The notes under the pieces were generated by a model that saw only the letters and a program-made list of their open reading frames with translations, searched no databases and had not been told where the DNA came from. From Anthoceros angustus (taxonomy: Eukaryota; Plantae; Anthocerotophyta): DNA of 64,000 bases. Location of the stretch: positions 1 through 64,000 of the forward strand of contig MU008163.1 of NCBI GenBank assembly GCA_010909165.1, in the 5' to 3' direction. Position 1 is the stretch's first letter. Each line of letters starts with the position of its first letter. The position numbers and the translations under genes are program-made. Positions 25,260 through 40,000 of this stretch are shown piece after piece.

Positions 25260-28200
25260 TGTATTAGGTTACCTTCATCGGCTCGGGTGCTACGCCCCAT
25301 AACTGATTGCTGAAGGTTATTGCTGAACAAGAGGAAGAACTCAAGGGGATGAGGGAAGCTAGAGGCCCGGCGCTGAAACACTTGTAGGATGCCATACTTC
25401 ATACATATAGCTCACTGTTACTGCCACCTGCACCTAGGGTTTCACAAGTGAGTCCTAGCAAAGCTCGCTATGCGAACGCCATCGAGGCGCAGCAACAAAG
25501 CTGTGCCAAGCGACCAGCAAACAAGTTTAACTTGGTTTCACGAGCAAACAAGGAACACGCCGGGGACTAACTACTCACCGCCGGGCAAGTAGAGGAGGAA
25601 GAGCACGAACCCAAGGCCGTCAGTGAATCCGTGCCAGCGCAACCAAGAGGAGGACGATTGGGAGGGCATTCCGGATGCCATCCGATCGAGCGCACCCCCT
25701 CTCCACTAAAGGAGATTTGGGAAGAAAATCCTCTACCTGCCGATCGTGGGCACCCAGGAGGAGACCGCAACCACGGCCGCATCAAAGGAGCTAGAATCAC
25801 CAGAAGAAGACCACAAGAGGCGACGGATCAACCCAGTTGCACCAACGGAGCAACGCCACTGCGCAGGGTCGAAGAAGAAACCGGTGGTCGTAGCCACCGC
25901 ACTGAAAGATCGTACCACTACCGGTGATGAAGAGCGGGCGGAGTTGGTTGTCCGTATGGCGGAGCAGATGCCGCCTAAGGAGCTGGGGACACCGCGAACC
26001 TCACCCCGGTGGTGTCCTTTCCCCACTAGAGAGAGGAAAGAGCTAGCTCCGACTCTTCACCCTGCCAAACCCCATGTGACGGAGAATGGGAAGGAGTTGG
26101 CCGCCAAGAGGGCCAAAGAAGTAGAAGGGCCGGCGCGGACATCCGGGAGCTAGGCCTCCTGCTAGAGGCGGAGTAACCACGGGACCAGCCTCAAGGCGGT
26201 CCGGCACAAGATGGTGGGTAGGGGGATACCACGGAGGGATTTGAAGGAACCCCGGCGCAGTGGGAGGGGCCCACTGTGTTGCGTGGCCGATGGAATAGCG
26301 TGGAGCCTCTTCCGCACCACAGAAAAAACGCAGGTGGTGGAGGCCACGGGGCAGCGTATGATGGAGCTGCAAGGCCAAGTGGAGGCAACCCAAGCAGCCA
26401 AGAAGAAGGCGGAAACCCTGGTGCGGGCGGAGGAAGAGAAGCGCCGGGCGGCGGAGCGGGACACTAGGTCCGTTCCTCAGGACCGAGCTAAGGTCCTACA
26501 GCTGTTCGAACAACTGAAGCAAACACAAGAGGCTAGGGACCGGGCAGAGGCCTTGAGCCACGAGTTGGGCCAAGCACGGCAGCAGGCGGAGGAAGCTCTC
26601 AGGGCAAAGGAGGCCGCTAGGAGGGTCGCAGAGGAGGCCGCTAGGAGGGTCGCTAAGGAGGCCAGGAAGGATGCTGAGTCTACCCAGCGAAGGGAACGTG
26701 AGGCCTTGGAGGCAAAGCTGAAGGAAGGAGAAACAATAGAAGAATTGGGTGGATCGAGAGTATTACCATCGAGACAGGATCCGGCTACGGGAGGAGGCCG
26801 GAGCAGCCAAAAACCAGTTACTGGAGTTAGAGCAGGAGGTCTCTGACCTTCGCAGAGACCTGGAGCCCTTGGAGCAGGCCCGGGCCACACACATGAACGA
26901 GATGCTCGAGAGGCTAGTAGAGCTGATGGACCTCTGAACTAGAAACCAGGATGCAAAGGAAGCGACGCCAAGCATGAGAAGGGAATTTGAACGACGCCCA
27001 AGTGACAGAGAAGAATGAGGCTCCAGGAACAGTGGCCTCTCAAAGATAGGGGTTATTCTCCATTAAAGGGGTTTGGGTCCCTAAAGACCAAAAATGACCT
27101 CAAAACGGGCCAAAATGCATCATCTTTAGCAAAACCACTCTTAGACATGTACCGAAAGACATTGACCATGTTATTTTCTCGTGAATACTTACGCTATGTG
27201 GTTGAAGCCAAGAAGGTTCATGGATTTCACCTTCACAAGGAAGGGATTTCAAGGATTTTAACAGGTGCTAGGAATCCTAAACACCTCTTTCGCAGCGATA
27301 GTACTTCCTAAAGGTGAACAGGGCAAACCAAACAAAATTAGTCCAGAGCAAACCGGACGTCCGCAACCAACACGCAAAGTAGCAATCAAGCGAAAGAGAA
27401 CCGCACGGACGTCCCAATTGTGAGAGAACATTAACCGATAGCTTGATCATGGCCATCTCGAGAGGACCAAACTACGACTCTAAAAGTAGCCGACGTCTGC
27501 ACCGTGAGTACACAACCCCGGATCTCCATTGTTAGAGTGAAAACATAGAAGGAATTGGAACAATGCGCGGACGCTCGCACATTGGCGCGAGTCTCAAAAG
27601 CTCGCCGGACGTCCGGCGATTGGAGACCCCAATCTTGTGGCGCCCGTGAGATGGAAATGGTGGAGTGGATGCGGACGTCCGCAGACATCTATATTTATTG
27701 TCTCTCATATCGGATAGGTGCAGATAGACTCAATGGCAAGAACTCCAAGGTTAAGCACCCCGGTCGGATCAGTACTGGATGGGGTGCTTGACTTGGTGCT
27801 TTTAGAACTTCGCTTATGCACTCTTGGGATTAGTACTAGGATGGCTTGCTTGTTTTTGGCGCTTTGAAAACTTTGTAACAACTCCACTGTTAAGCAACCT
27901 AGAGGCGTATCAATACTAGGATGGAGTGTTGATTTTAGTGGTTTGAAAAATTTGTAAATCATCCCTATCTAGGCGTAAAGTCATGAATATTATTTTTGAA
28001 AATCATTTGTTGGTTGATGTTATATTCCCACATTCGCTTTGTATACAACATGTAAAACCTTTTGGCCTTACTCTATGTGCCCTTCCGATGACTTGCTGGA
28101 TCTCTTTGATTGGTGCGCCAAATGTCCGGCTCATTCGAGTTTGATGCACGATAGATGCATAGGCCTTGGTTTCTAGATGAGCTACATTTTCCAAAATTCG

Positions 28201-29805
28201 ACATGTATGATGGTGGTTTCTAATGGCCAACCTTTTGAAGACGACAAATGTTTCACAATGTTTTGCAGAGAAGCAAGAAAATAAATAGAATAGATGATTT
28301 GTCCTTGAGTAATGAAAGCTTGATGCAACACAACATAAGAGAGCATCTGCCACCGCGAGCCCTAGTGAGAGCCGAGTATCTCAAGAAAGAGGGCTAGTCC
28401 CGAAATGGGGTTTTGACCAAATGGTGAGTATTTCAAAGTGAGGCTCAAGGAGGACTTCTATACCCACCGTGACGCCCACTTGTGGGCGCAGCTAGGTGTT
28501 CAGAGAACTATAGCCAAGCTTCGCCAGAGATTTTGAATTTAAGATCCGACTTGCTCCATGTGCCACCCATGGATAGATTAAGGTTGAAAGCAGACGGACT
28601 TGACAAGAAGAAATGTAAGCTCAAGAGTTTGATCAAGAACGGTTGAGGAGGCCTCACCATCCTTTACCTTGTCCAATTCTCGCTGGGCCCAATGCCGCAG
28701 ATCTGCGCGGCTTATCTCCGACCGAGGGGCCAGTCGACAGGTATGCCCGCCCTGGGATTGCTCAATCACGGGTTTGAAAAGAGAATTGATGTGAGTGCGC
28801 GTGGCAAGTGTGCACAAGCAACTTGAACGAAAGTGCTTGCCTACACAAGTATTGACGCAACCCTCTCCAAACCCGGTATTGCACCTCTTGGAGTATAAGT
28901 GCCGGACCTGCACTCCACTCTTTGAGCATAAGTGCGCCACCATCCGCCACTTGGTACAAAGGTGTGTCCGCTGCGACGGTGGGCACATTAGGTCTTCCTT
29001 GGATGCATGGGTGGGTTCGCAAATCACTAAAAATGTTGAAATGAGACATGCATTTCGGATGGTTAGCCAAAATGGGGTTCGGAGACAAACCCCTATGCTG
29101 AGAAACACTGTTAGGGCAGGATTAGGGCCCTAGAGCAGGAGATGGACCGACTACAGTTGAGTCTTCAGGCGACGGAGACCATGTGTCGGGATAGGAGGTT
29201 GGAGATAGACCAGCTAACGAAAGAGCTTGATGAAGCCAACCGACTGGTGCAAGTGCTGGAGAGACTCCAGCGAGAGGTGAACTGCCTGGGTGACGAGATG
29301 GAAGACTGACGAAAGCATCAGGCGGAGGAAGGCAGACGGGTTGTCCAGCTATGTCGGGCAGAGGGCTAGGTCCGCCTCCTGATGACGCATATGAGGGACC
29401 TCAGGACAGAGCAGGAAAGGGAGCGGGCCAATGAGAGAAAGTTCTGGCAGAGGCCTCTCTCGACGCTGCCCAAGATGCCACGCGAGCGAGACTCGAAGAG
29501 CTGGATGGCGAAATGACGCAACGGGCCATGGAGCATGCACACCTACTGCAGCATCAATGGAGGTGGGAGTACTGTGTGCTAAGGGCACATGTGGAGGAGG
29601 CTACCTAGCAGGTGGACTCGGACTTTGCCTACTGCCATGCAAAGCTATTAAAGGCGAAGTGCGGTCCATCGAAAGCGGAGGCAATGGACTACAGGAGGAG
29701 TCTGAGAGCCACAGTGAAGAAGAAGAGCCGGAGGAGATCATATAGGGAACCTCGACGCCTGCTCACAAACGGAGCACGAGAGGCCGAGCCCTCAGAGGAG
29801 GGCGC
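25260..29805 (+). mobile_element. Degenerate element with broken coiled-coil ORFs (retrotransposon accessory-ORF-like), truncated at the duplication junction
   Basis: Intronless E/A/R/Q-rich ORF pieces at 25746-26153, 26211-26937 and 29096-29805 with stops and frameshifts; no RT or integrase motif seen. Confidence 0.5.
27049..29093. mobile_element. 2045-bp non-autonomous TIR element with a 2-bp TA target duplication
   Basis: TA|GGGGTTATTCTCC ... GGAGACAAACCCC|TA (11/13 inverted match); AT-rich interior with repeated GGACGTCC palindromes; interrupts the coiled-coil ORF. Confidence 0.7.
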
Positions 29806-30288
29806 GTGAAATCACGGGACATGTGGTCCGCCCGGCGCCCGATGAAGTGCGCATTCACGTGGAGATTGAGTCAGCGACGATGCAGAAGTCGGCGTCCTTG
29901 CGGCCGTGGAAGTAGAACTGCTGCCCGTCGTTGCCCACGAACACCGGGTCGTCCTTCACATCCTGGTGCCAAGGATTGCACGGCTGGGTCCCCTGGCATG
30001 CCCTGGCTGGATGCCCGTGCCCTGGCTTCGATGCCCGTGCCCAGGCCCGTACTTGTAGCCAGTCTTGCCTTCCCTTTGAGCTGCAATGCAAGCACAACCC
30101 CCAGAGTCACGTCGCATTCCAGCAAGCATATCCAGGAACAAGGCTGCTCGAGAGCGACTGCCACAGAAGGACATTGAAGCACCCTGGGACAAGCACGTTC
30201 GACTCGCTCAGACACTCATGCTCACCATCGACATTCAAAGCCGCGATGAGGGCCAGGAAGGCCACCGCGAGGAGAGGATCACGGCCAT
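29806..30288 (-). pseudogene. Truncated, frameshifted copy of Root_cap protein A (no exon 3)
   Basis: KDDPVFVGNDGQQFYFHGRKDADFCIVADS is present; the copy is cut at the duplication junction. Confidence 0.85.
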
Positions 30289-30529
30289 CTTCTGGCGTGG
30301 TGGGCTGCAGGGGAGGGCCCGTCGAATCGCCCACAAACACTAGGCAAGGCGAGCTCTGATACCAAGTGTGAGAGGTGGGGGATTTATGCGCTTGCTCCAA
30401 GAGCGAGGTGCATTAAACTGGCGGGAGGTGGGCCAGTTCCACGGGCCCCTCCTGCTGAGCGCGCTGCTCTACACTTGATTCCAGCTGTCTCAAGCATGCC
30501 TAAAAATAGAAGCATGAGAATGGTAGGTG

Positions 30530-32369
30530 GCTCACCTTGTCCTCCGCCACCAGAAGAGGAGTGGGTTCCTTCACCCACCCAGAGCGCTGCCTTTGCCAGG
30601 AGCTCTGGCCCGTAGAATCCTTCGCCCGCTCACAGCGCGCTGGCTTGATTGGCACTGTCATCGCACCATCGCGGAAGCCGCAGAGACAAACGATTTTCTT
30701 TTCGTGAAACAAAGACGACCCCAGTTCTTCCGCCTGCACCAGAATATTCAATGGACAGGAGAACATGGCTTGAGATGATTTTGCAGGAGCCAGACCCCGC
30801 CTTGAGGCGTGAAAAAAGGAGAATTCTATAAAAAACTTACGAACATATCCAGCCCTCGGTATCTTGTGGGCGAGTGGATGGGCTGCTTGCTGCAGTGCTG
30901 AGACAGGATTGAGCCCTCGTGTTTCTACTGGAGGAGGAGAACTGACATGTGAGGCCAAGAAATGATGCAGAAGTACAAGTATATCGATTTGCAACTCTGA
31001 TGCTGTTCATGTTCTTACTTGTAGAAGACATGCGTGGCATGCATGGTTCCAGCATGCCACGAATGGGCCTCTTGAAGGCTGCGTCCGCCTGCTGCAGCAG
31101 CAGTCATCCAGCAGCGAACAGGTGGTGGGTGATACATGATTCCCTCTGATCGGATCTCCATCTGGCATGTTTCGGAGATGTCCGAGGACTCCCGTCCATG
31201 GGGCGGCTGTGAGGAGGCGAGGCTGCGGATCGAGAGCGCCAGGCTGGCCAGTTCGGATCCGATGTCCATCAATCCCTGCTTGAACAAGTGTCGGATCCTT
31301 GTCAAACTTTTAACGCATCGCTGTGAAAGACCAGAATTCCGCTGTCGATCTCCACGGCGCCACTCCCAAAGCTAAAATGAGCATCCGGACAAAGTACGCA
31401 CCCAGGGCAGCACATTTTCCAAGACATGCGGACCCCATCATCTGGCGATGGCGGTCCGGTCAATGGGCGGTTACCTCCGCCCATCTGTGGACCGATTCAG
31501 GGGTCTTGATGGCCCCGGGATGAAGATGTGAGCGAAATCAGGGTCATCCATTGTTCTGTCTTCGACATGGGAGGCCTTGGTGGTGCCTTCGTCTGAGGAG
31601 TTTCTGTTATTTCGGTTTGGGCAGTGGTTGTCTGTAAGAGCCCGGATCCGATGAGCTGTGTTCGGTTTTGAATTTCGTAGCTGCTGGCGGTTTCGGATTT
31701 CTTTGATGGTGAGATTCTACTTTGTGCACGCCTTTTTTGGAGGACTTTGGTGTTCTTGTACTTGAATCTTGTTTGGGATTAGGACCAGGACCTTCTGCTG
31801 GTGGGGAAAGTGGCCCAAGCTTCGAGGTCGCTTTGTTGTATGTTCATCTGTGACAGCGGCAGCAGGAGGCTTTGGATAATGTGCTGCAGCAACAGCTGGG
31901 AGGCGTGCTGTACTTCCAGGCCCTTATTAAGCTTCCACTGCTGCTGCAACTGTTGTGCGGCCTGCATCCTCCATCCCCTGTGCTGCTGCAAGGCGTAGGT
32001 CGATTGCACTACGTCTGTCCAGGGCATAAAGATCCCTCCACTGGACCCTTCCTTGCACGCTCCCATCTCCTCTGCTGCACCAAGATATAGGTCGATTGGG
32101 CAATCTCCGCTCCGTCTCTGGTGTTGCTGGAATATTGAGATCGAATGCATGCACCATTTTCACCTCTGGTACTGCTACAATACTGACCATCTGCAGGTTC
32201 CACCTCCGGTACTGCAAGAATCCATGTTGCTCCATTTGCGTTGGAATGCAGGATTATAAGGTAGTGTGATAAGCTAACGGGTCGAGCAATGCTCCATTCG
32301 AGCACACGGCTTTTGACCTTTCGGTTGCTGCGGAATTTCTCCCGCTGAAGTGGTCCACCTGCTGCCCAT
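30530..32369 (-). pseudogene. Indel-rich duplicate of the multi-EAR orphan gene
   Basis: Collinear with 18710-20597; AFDLNIP and IDLRLA are retained but frames are broken. Confidence 0.75.
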
Positions 32370-34524
32370 CTCACCAGCGATGTTCGTGCAATTCGGCTGG
32401 GTTCGGTCCCTTCTTCCCCTGGTGATGACAGGAATGTAGCGGGTTATCACAGTCGGTTGCGAGAGATTTCTTCCGCGCGAGACAGTTCGAAATAAAACTT
32501 AGTGATCACTGTCACACACACGTCTCTGCTTCTCTACGGACAACAGAAGCAAGAAACAGGCTCGGAAAAGAGATTCTGTGAGACACCTGCTGCACCCTGA
32601 AGTAAGTACCATAGCCTTATTTCCTTGGTCTCACTGAAATAGCTCAAACGGCGATCACTGCATAGCCTGGATGAGGAAGAAAGACTTTGGCTATCACACG
32701 GGTTGAATAATGAATCTCAGAGTCCAGTAGAAGGGCTTAGGCTTGACCCAACAAACCATTGGACACCTCAAGGTGTTCACCATCATGTTTTGTCCCTCCA
32801 CTTCCTTGTGGCAACAATCAGGAGACACCACCGCCAGATTCTTCTGTCTGGGCTACGGCACGTTACAGGCTCATACGCAAACACACACACGCGTGCAGAA
32901 TGAATGAAAGCGCATGTGTATGCGAGGGTACTCAAGCACGAAAGACATCACGGTCACTCAGACATCACCGTCACTTAGACCTTCCACATAAAATGCATCT
33001 GGTCCTGGCAAACGTTTTCAGCTAATCCTTCCAACAGAGACAATCTGCTGTGCCAGCTACGGAGACAAACGACGACGCGGTAGGAGAATCAACGGAGGAG
33101 ACAGAAGAAAAGGTGATTGCTCAACCCTACTGAGTTTGTCCGTTGCCTCTGTTGTGATACAGAACTTCTTTAGGTCCTAGTACCCCATCGACATCAGGAA
33201 ACGCCTCGGGTCTAACAACAGCTTGAGCAGCGGATGTGAAGGAACCTGTGCTATCACATGAGATAACCTGCGTCAGTTGGATAGCCTATTCTACTAAGAT
33301 CTCAACTCCCCCAAGATCTGCCAAGGAGCAGAAAGTGAAAGTGGCGAGACCGTTCCTTCCCTTAAATAAAGACCAACCCATGGATACCAGGTGCCCCAGA
33401 ACTCTTAGCAGTGCCTGATCGAGCCGGGATCATAAACTAGATACAAACCAACAGCAACCGCTTGATTCCAGATATTGGAGCTGGGGAATTCGTTCCCAGA
33501 TAAACCATCCAAAAGAGACCAGCGGCTGCCCATGTTCAGGAAACAAACGACAATGCAGCAGGGGCATCAACTTAGGAAATAGAAGAAAAGCTAATAGCTC
33601 AATCTTACCACAGTTTGACTTACACCTCTGTTCTGGTACATATCCCCGTCTTGTTCAGATACCACGGCCCACCTGGTGCCAGGAAATGCCTCTATAAGTA
33701 GCCTGTGCAATCAGCCATCGCTTTAACTTAGCCTCAGCATACACAAGATCTCGACCCCGCCAACGTGATCCCACATATCGGACATGAGGAATTCGGCTTT
33801 ATTCAGCTAACCGTCCAGCAAGTACCCACTGCCAACGAGGTGAAGAGCAGCCATCTAGAGGACGAAAGGAAAGCTGTTAGCTCACCCTGCAGAGTCTGTT
33901 TCAGGCCACGTCTTGAGATAGATATCCTTTCGTCTTGATACGCCTCAGCAATCCTGGTACCCCGAGATCACAACTGCAGCCTGAGTAGTAGGAGTGGAGG
34001 AGCCTGTGTGCAGTCACATTAGTGAGCTTGCGCAAGATCATCATAAGTACACAAAATTTCAAGACCTCCAGCCACCTAATGCGTCCACCGATTTTGTCTC
34101 TAGCCGCAAAAGTCAAGTCAGTAGGCTGTTCAAGAGAGACGCGCAAAACGAAGTAGTTTGAAATTTTGGACAAACTTGAACCTGGTATGCAGGTTCCCAC
34201 CGTTGACATCAGCCATTTGAACCTCTTTCTGGGCGTTCCCCTCGAGGTTTCACCTCTTTGGGTGTTATTATGGGGAAAGTACGAAATACACATCCCACTA
34301 GCCTATGCAAAGACAATGCAAATCTCGTCAGCACTCGGAGTCCAATTCCGTCCATGATCTCTCCCCTTGCCTGCATTTGTGGCAAAGGGGAGACGGCACG
34401 GACGGCATCGCTCTAGACATGACGCGACTGACCATCTGCCTGCATTTATGGACGCACACCGATTGTGCAAGATTGCACGCACGACTTTCCGATCAAGTCC
34501 AAAATTCGCTGAATTGGGTTACAT

Positions 34525-35643
34525 TCAGCGACGGCAGACGAGGCCAGAGCCACCGGCGCAGGTGGTCTGGGGGAAGTCGACGATGGTTACATCGTTGGAG
34601 GTGTGACCTCGGAAGCCGGCGACCTTACAGTCGGCGGACATGAGGGCGGAAGAGAGGAAGGAGCTCTCTTCAGACAGCACCGGCATGCTCTGGTCGGCCT
34701 GCTTCTCCAGGTGCTTGAAGCCGGGAGCATAAGTCTGGCCCAGGACTCCCGACACGGTGGGCGTCAGTGCCTTGAACTGGAAGTTCAGCTCCAGGTGGGC
34801 GAAGCAGTTGTCGGGGGTGATGCCGTAGCGGTGGCGAATGTTGTCGGATTCTGTGACGGGCACGACGAGCACGGAGAGGGAGAACTGGTCGTCCACATCG
34901 ATGATGACGCCGTTGTGGTTCTGCGACCTGGTGACGGTCAGACCGGCGTGAGGAGCACTCCAGGCAGCGTCCTTCACGGTGGGCAGGATGATCGGAGTTG
35001 CGTCCAGGGACATCACCAGGTAGTCCACGGAGTTGTCAAAGGTGGCCACCTGCAGCATTGTCGATGGACGTGTCTCAGATTGGTCGTCTGGGCCGTTTAA
35101 CTGGATCCAAAAATTGTCATCATGAGTGTGGCCATTGTGCGAATCTTTGGGCTCACCTTGCTGGCGCCGATGTAGAACTGGTGATCGCCGAAGAGAATTC
35201 CGAGGGACTGCACCCAGGTGAAGTCGCGGGACATGTGGTCGGCCCTGCGGCCGATGAAGTGGGCATTCACGTGCAGGTTAGAGTCGGAGACGATGCAGAA
35301 GTCGGCATCCTTGTGGCCATGGAAGTAGAACTGCTGGCCGTCGCTGCCCACGAAGACGGGGTCGTCCTTGATGCAACCCGGGTAGTAGCCCTGGCTGCAG
35401 GGCCTCGGCTTCCACTTACTGGCTGCAAACACACAACATTCGCAATCAGGAACCGGACAACAGGGGGGTCAATGCGGTAGTGCACAGCACCCTTCCATCA
35501 GTTGCAAATGATGGGCGGTAAAGCTCCAAGTAGCTGCAGCTGCGGCGCACAAAACCCAGCTCGCAGAGTCGCTAATCACCTTCAGCATTGTTGGCAACAG
35601 ACAGTGCCAACACCGCCACAATCACGGCAGCGAGCACCGCCAT
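34525..35643 (-). CDS. Secreted Root_cap/LEA-related protein B, intact (3 exons)
   Basis: MAVLAAVIVAVLALSVANNAE|ASKWKPRPCSQGYYPGCIKDDPVFVGSDG...GASK|VATFDNSVD...CAGGSGLVCRR; phases are consistent. Confidence 0.92.
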
Positions 35644-37069
35644 TACTGCTGCACTCCAAAGCCTTGCTTTCCTCGAAGACGATCTAGGATGGCAGAAAGC
35701 GTGGCACTGTTGTGTCTGGCAGGAGCACGCCGAGCTTTATACTCACTCCCCGCTTGACCTCTCGCAGGTCCAGACAACACCGGGTTGCGTGAGGACAAAT
35801 CCAACATGGCAAGGTCGCACATGTCTCGGGCTCGATTCCCATGCGGAGGTCTCGATATGGGCCTGTCGACCTCTGTTCCCATTGGTCAATCACGTCTATT
35901 TCCAGCCCATGCGGGTGTAAATCTGTGTAGTGTTAACAGCCATCCAACCTTGCTTTGGTGGCCGCTGAAGGCGTCTCAAATTTTACAATTCTTTAAGGGC
36001 GCCCAGGACAAGCCTGGGCTGTACTGGCAGAGCAGGCAAGTCGCCAACAATGAATGCTGGTAGTCACTAGTAGGTACTACACCCATACCCACAGGCTTCA
36101 CCAAGTTGACCCTTTCTTCTTTTCCGGAAAGCTACATACTGTAAACAACGCTGTAGCATTGGGCTGACAGAGGGCTGCAGGCTTTTTGGCTGGCATTCAA
36201 GGCTGGCATCAGTACGCCATCTTTCACGTGCCGGACAGCTAGGCTGGCAGCCCATGAATGCACAACGGACCAGTGCAGGCGTCCGGCAAACCCGATTTCA
36301 CAACCCTGCTACAGAATCTGTTGCCGAAATTGGGCTACGTCTCACCACCCGCGTCGGTGCGGGCAACGGGGAGAATGTTTCCTGGCCCACCGTCCGCATT
36401 TAGACTCTTGGAGGCGATACCAGGGGTCGCATGCAGTAGGACTTCGTCATAACGACTTTTCTCTATGGCTATAAAATTTTCAACCCCGCACCGACGGTGC
36501 GCACCGTATTCACATGTTTATGTGTTGTGGTGGTTTCCCAGCCACAAATGCACCTAGGGAATGGGGAGCCACACTCTGGACGTATACGGACTTGGCGCGC
36601 TGTTCGTGATTCTTCTCATGATATATACGCTACTTCTTTATTAAAGGATGAGCTGGCCTTATTTTATATATATAAGAGGAAGATAACATTTAGTATAGTG
36701 CAGTGATTGGCAAAAGAGGCTAGAGATAGGTCTACCAATCCAAATTGGAAGTTGGACTCCCTGATATGTAGGACACATGCTTTTCGCTAGCAACAGGTCT
36801 ACCAATCTGAATAGGAAGTTGACTCCATGATATGCAGTACACATACTTTTTCTCAAAGGAGGACCTTGCAAGAAGGAAAAGATCTGTCATAATTTATATT
36901 ATTCTTTTTATAAAAATATCATTTAATCCAATCATTCTCTTTAGGGGATTAAGCCATTTGCACTCCTTGTTGAATGAATATCCGTGCTGCTTTGACCATT
37001 AGATCACCACCCCATCCTATAGCCCCATCCTATAGCCCTGTCCTATACCCCGTCCTATAGTCATTGACA

Positions 37070-40000
37070 TGTATTAGGTTACCTTCATCGGCCTGGTGCT
37101 ACGCCCCATAACCCATTGCTGAAGGTTATTCGAACAAGAGGAAGAACTCAAGGGGATGAGGGAAGCTAGAGGCCCAAAAACACTTGTAGGATGCCATACT
37201 ACATATAGCTCACACGCCACTGCACCTAGGGTTTCAAGGCGAGTCCTAGCAAAGCTCGCTATGCGAACGCCATCGAGGCGCAGCAACAAAGCTGTGCCAA
37301 GCGACCAGCAAAACAAGTTTAACTTGGTTTCACGAGCAAACAAGGAACACGCCGGGGACTAACTACTCACCGCCGGGCAAGTAGAGGAGGAAGAGCACGA
37401 ACCCAAGGCCGTCAGTGAATCCGTGCCAGCGCAACCAAGAGGAGGACGATTGGGAGGGCATTCCGGATGCCATCCGATCGAGCGCACCCCTCTCCACTAA
37501 AGGAGATTTGGGAAGAAAATCCTCTACCTGCCGATCGTGGGCACCCAGGAGGAGACCGCAACCACGGCCGCATCAAAGGAGCTAGAATCACCAGAAGAAG
37601 ACCACAAGAGGCGACGGATCAACCCAGTTGCACCAACGGAGCAACGCCACTGCGCAGGGTCGAAGAAGAAACCGGTGGTCGTAGCCACCGCACTGAAAGA
37701 TCGTACCACTACCGGTGATGAAGAGCGGGCGGAGTTGGTTGTCCGTATGGCGGAGCAGATGCCGCCTAAGGAGCTGGGGACACCGCGAACCTCACCCCGG
37801 TGGTGTCCTTTCCCCACTAGAGAGAGGAAAGAGCTAGCTCCGACTCTTCACCCTGCCAAACCCCATGTGACGGAGAATGGGAAGGAGTTGGCAGCCAAGA
37901 GGGCCAAAGAAGTAGAAGGGCCGATGCGGACATCCGGGAGCTAGGCCTCCTGCTAGAGGCCGGAGTAACCGGCGGACCAGTCATGAGGCTGCAGCTGGCA
38001 CAAGATGGTGGGTGAGGGGGATACACCCACGGAGGATTTGAAGGAACTCACAGGGCCGCCGCGGTGGAGGGGCCCACAGTGTTGCGTACATGGTAGATGG
38101 AATAGTGGAGCCTCTTCCGCTGCCACGCAGCGGTGGTGAGCCACGGGCGTGTGATGGGCTGCAAGGCCAAGTGGAGGCAAGACCAAGAAGAAGGCGGAAA
38201 CTCAGTGCGGGCGGAGGAAGAGAAGGCCGGGCGGTGAGCGGGACACTAGGTCCGTTCCACCGAGGACTGAAGCTAGTCCTCTGTCAACAATGAAGCAAAA
38301 CAAGGAGGCTAGGGACAGGCGGAGGCCTTGAGCACGAGTTGGGCCAAAGCAGTGAGAGGAAGCTCTCGGGCAAAGGAGGCCGCTGGGAGGGTCATGCAGG
38401 AGAGGAGAGGTCGCTAAGGAGGCCGGGAAGGATCTTTGAGTCTACCCGTGAAGGGGCGTGAGGCCTTGGAGGCAAAGGCAAGGAAGGAGAAACACAGAAG
38501 AATTGGGTGGATCGAGTATTACCATCGAGGCCGATGTGATCCGGCTACGGGAGGAGGCCGGAGGCAGCCCAAAAACCGATTCTGGAGTTAGGCCGGGAGG
38601 TCTCGACCTTGAGACCTGGAGCCCTTGGGCGGGCCGGGCCACACACATGAACGAGGATGCTCGAGAGGCTAGTAGGTGATGGACCTCAGAACTAGAAACC
38701 GGGATGCAAAGGCCGGCGGTCAAGCGTTGGCGGAGAGGAACAGAACACGCTCAAGTGAGCGAGGCGGAAGAATGAGGCTCTGCGAAACAGCGTCTCTCGG
38801 CATGGGGTTATTCTCCATTAAAGGGTTTGGGTCCCTAAAGACCAAAAAATGACCCCAAAAGGCCAAAATCATCTTTAGCAAAACCACTCTTTAGACATGT
38901 CTTGAAAGACATTGACCATGTTATTTTCTCGTGAATACTTACGCTATGAGGTTGAAGAAGAAGGTTCAGTTCACCTTCACAAGGAAGGGATTTCAAGGAT
39001 TTTTAACGGTGCTAGGAATCCTAAACACCTCTTTCGCGATAGTACTTCCTAGCGTGAGCGTGGGCAAACCAAACAAAATTAGTCCAGACAAAAGCTGGCG
39101 GACGTCGGCGCAACCAACATAAAGTAGCAATTATGGCGAAACAAGCTGGACGTCCGGCGCAATTGTGAAGAACATTAACCGATAAGCGATCATGGCCATC
39201 TCGAGAGGACCAAACTACGACTCTAAAAAGTAGGGCGTCGGTGCACTTTGAGTACACAACCCGGATCTCCATTGTTAGAGTGAAAACATAGAAGGAATTG
39301 GAACAATGCGGACGTTCGGCACATTGGGCGCTGCTAAAAACTGCGGACGTCCGGCGCATTTTCGAGACCCCAATCTTGTGGGCGTCCGGCGAGATGGAAA
39401 TGGTGGAGTGGATCGGACGTCCGTATCTATATTTGTTTGTCTTCTCTATTGGGATAGGTGCATAGACTCAATGGCGTAAGAACTCAGGTTAAGCACCCGG
39501 TCGGATCAGTACTAGGATGGGGTGCTTGACTTTGGTGCTTTTAGAACTTCGGTTATGCACTCTTGGGTCGATTAGTGCTAGGATGGCTTGTTTTTGGCGC
39601 TTTGAAAACTTTGTAACAACTCCTTTGTTAAGCAACCTAGAGGCGTATCAATACTAGGATGGAGTGTTGATTTTTAGTGGTTTGAAAAATTTGTAAATCA
39701 TCCGGTATCTAGGCGTAAAGTCATGAATATTATTTTTGAAAATCATTTGTTGGTTGATGTTATATTCCACATTCGCTTTGTATACAACATGTTAAAACCT
39801 TTTGGCCTTACTCTATGTGCCCTTCGATGACTTGCATTTGGATCTCTTTGATTGGTCAAATGTCCGCTCATTCGAGTTTGATGCACGTATAGATGCATAG
39901 GCCTTGGTTTCTAGATGAGCTACATTTTCCAAAATTTATGTATGATGGTGGTTTCTAATGGCCAACCTTTTGAAGGCGACAATGTTTCACAATGTTTTGC

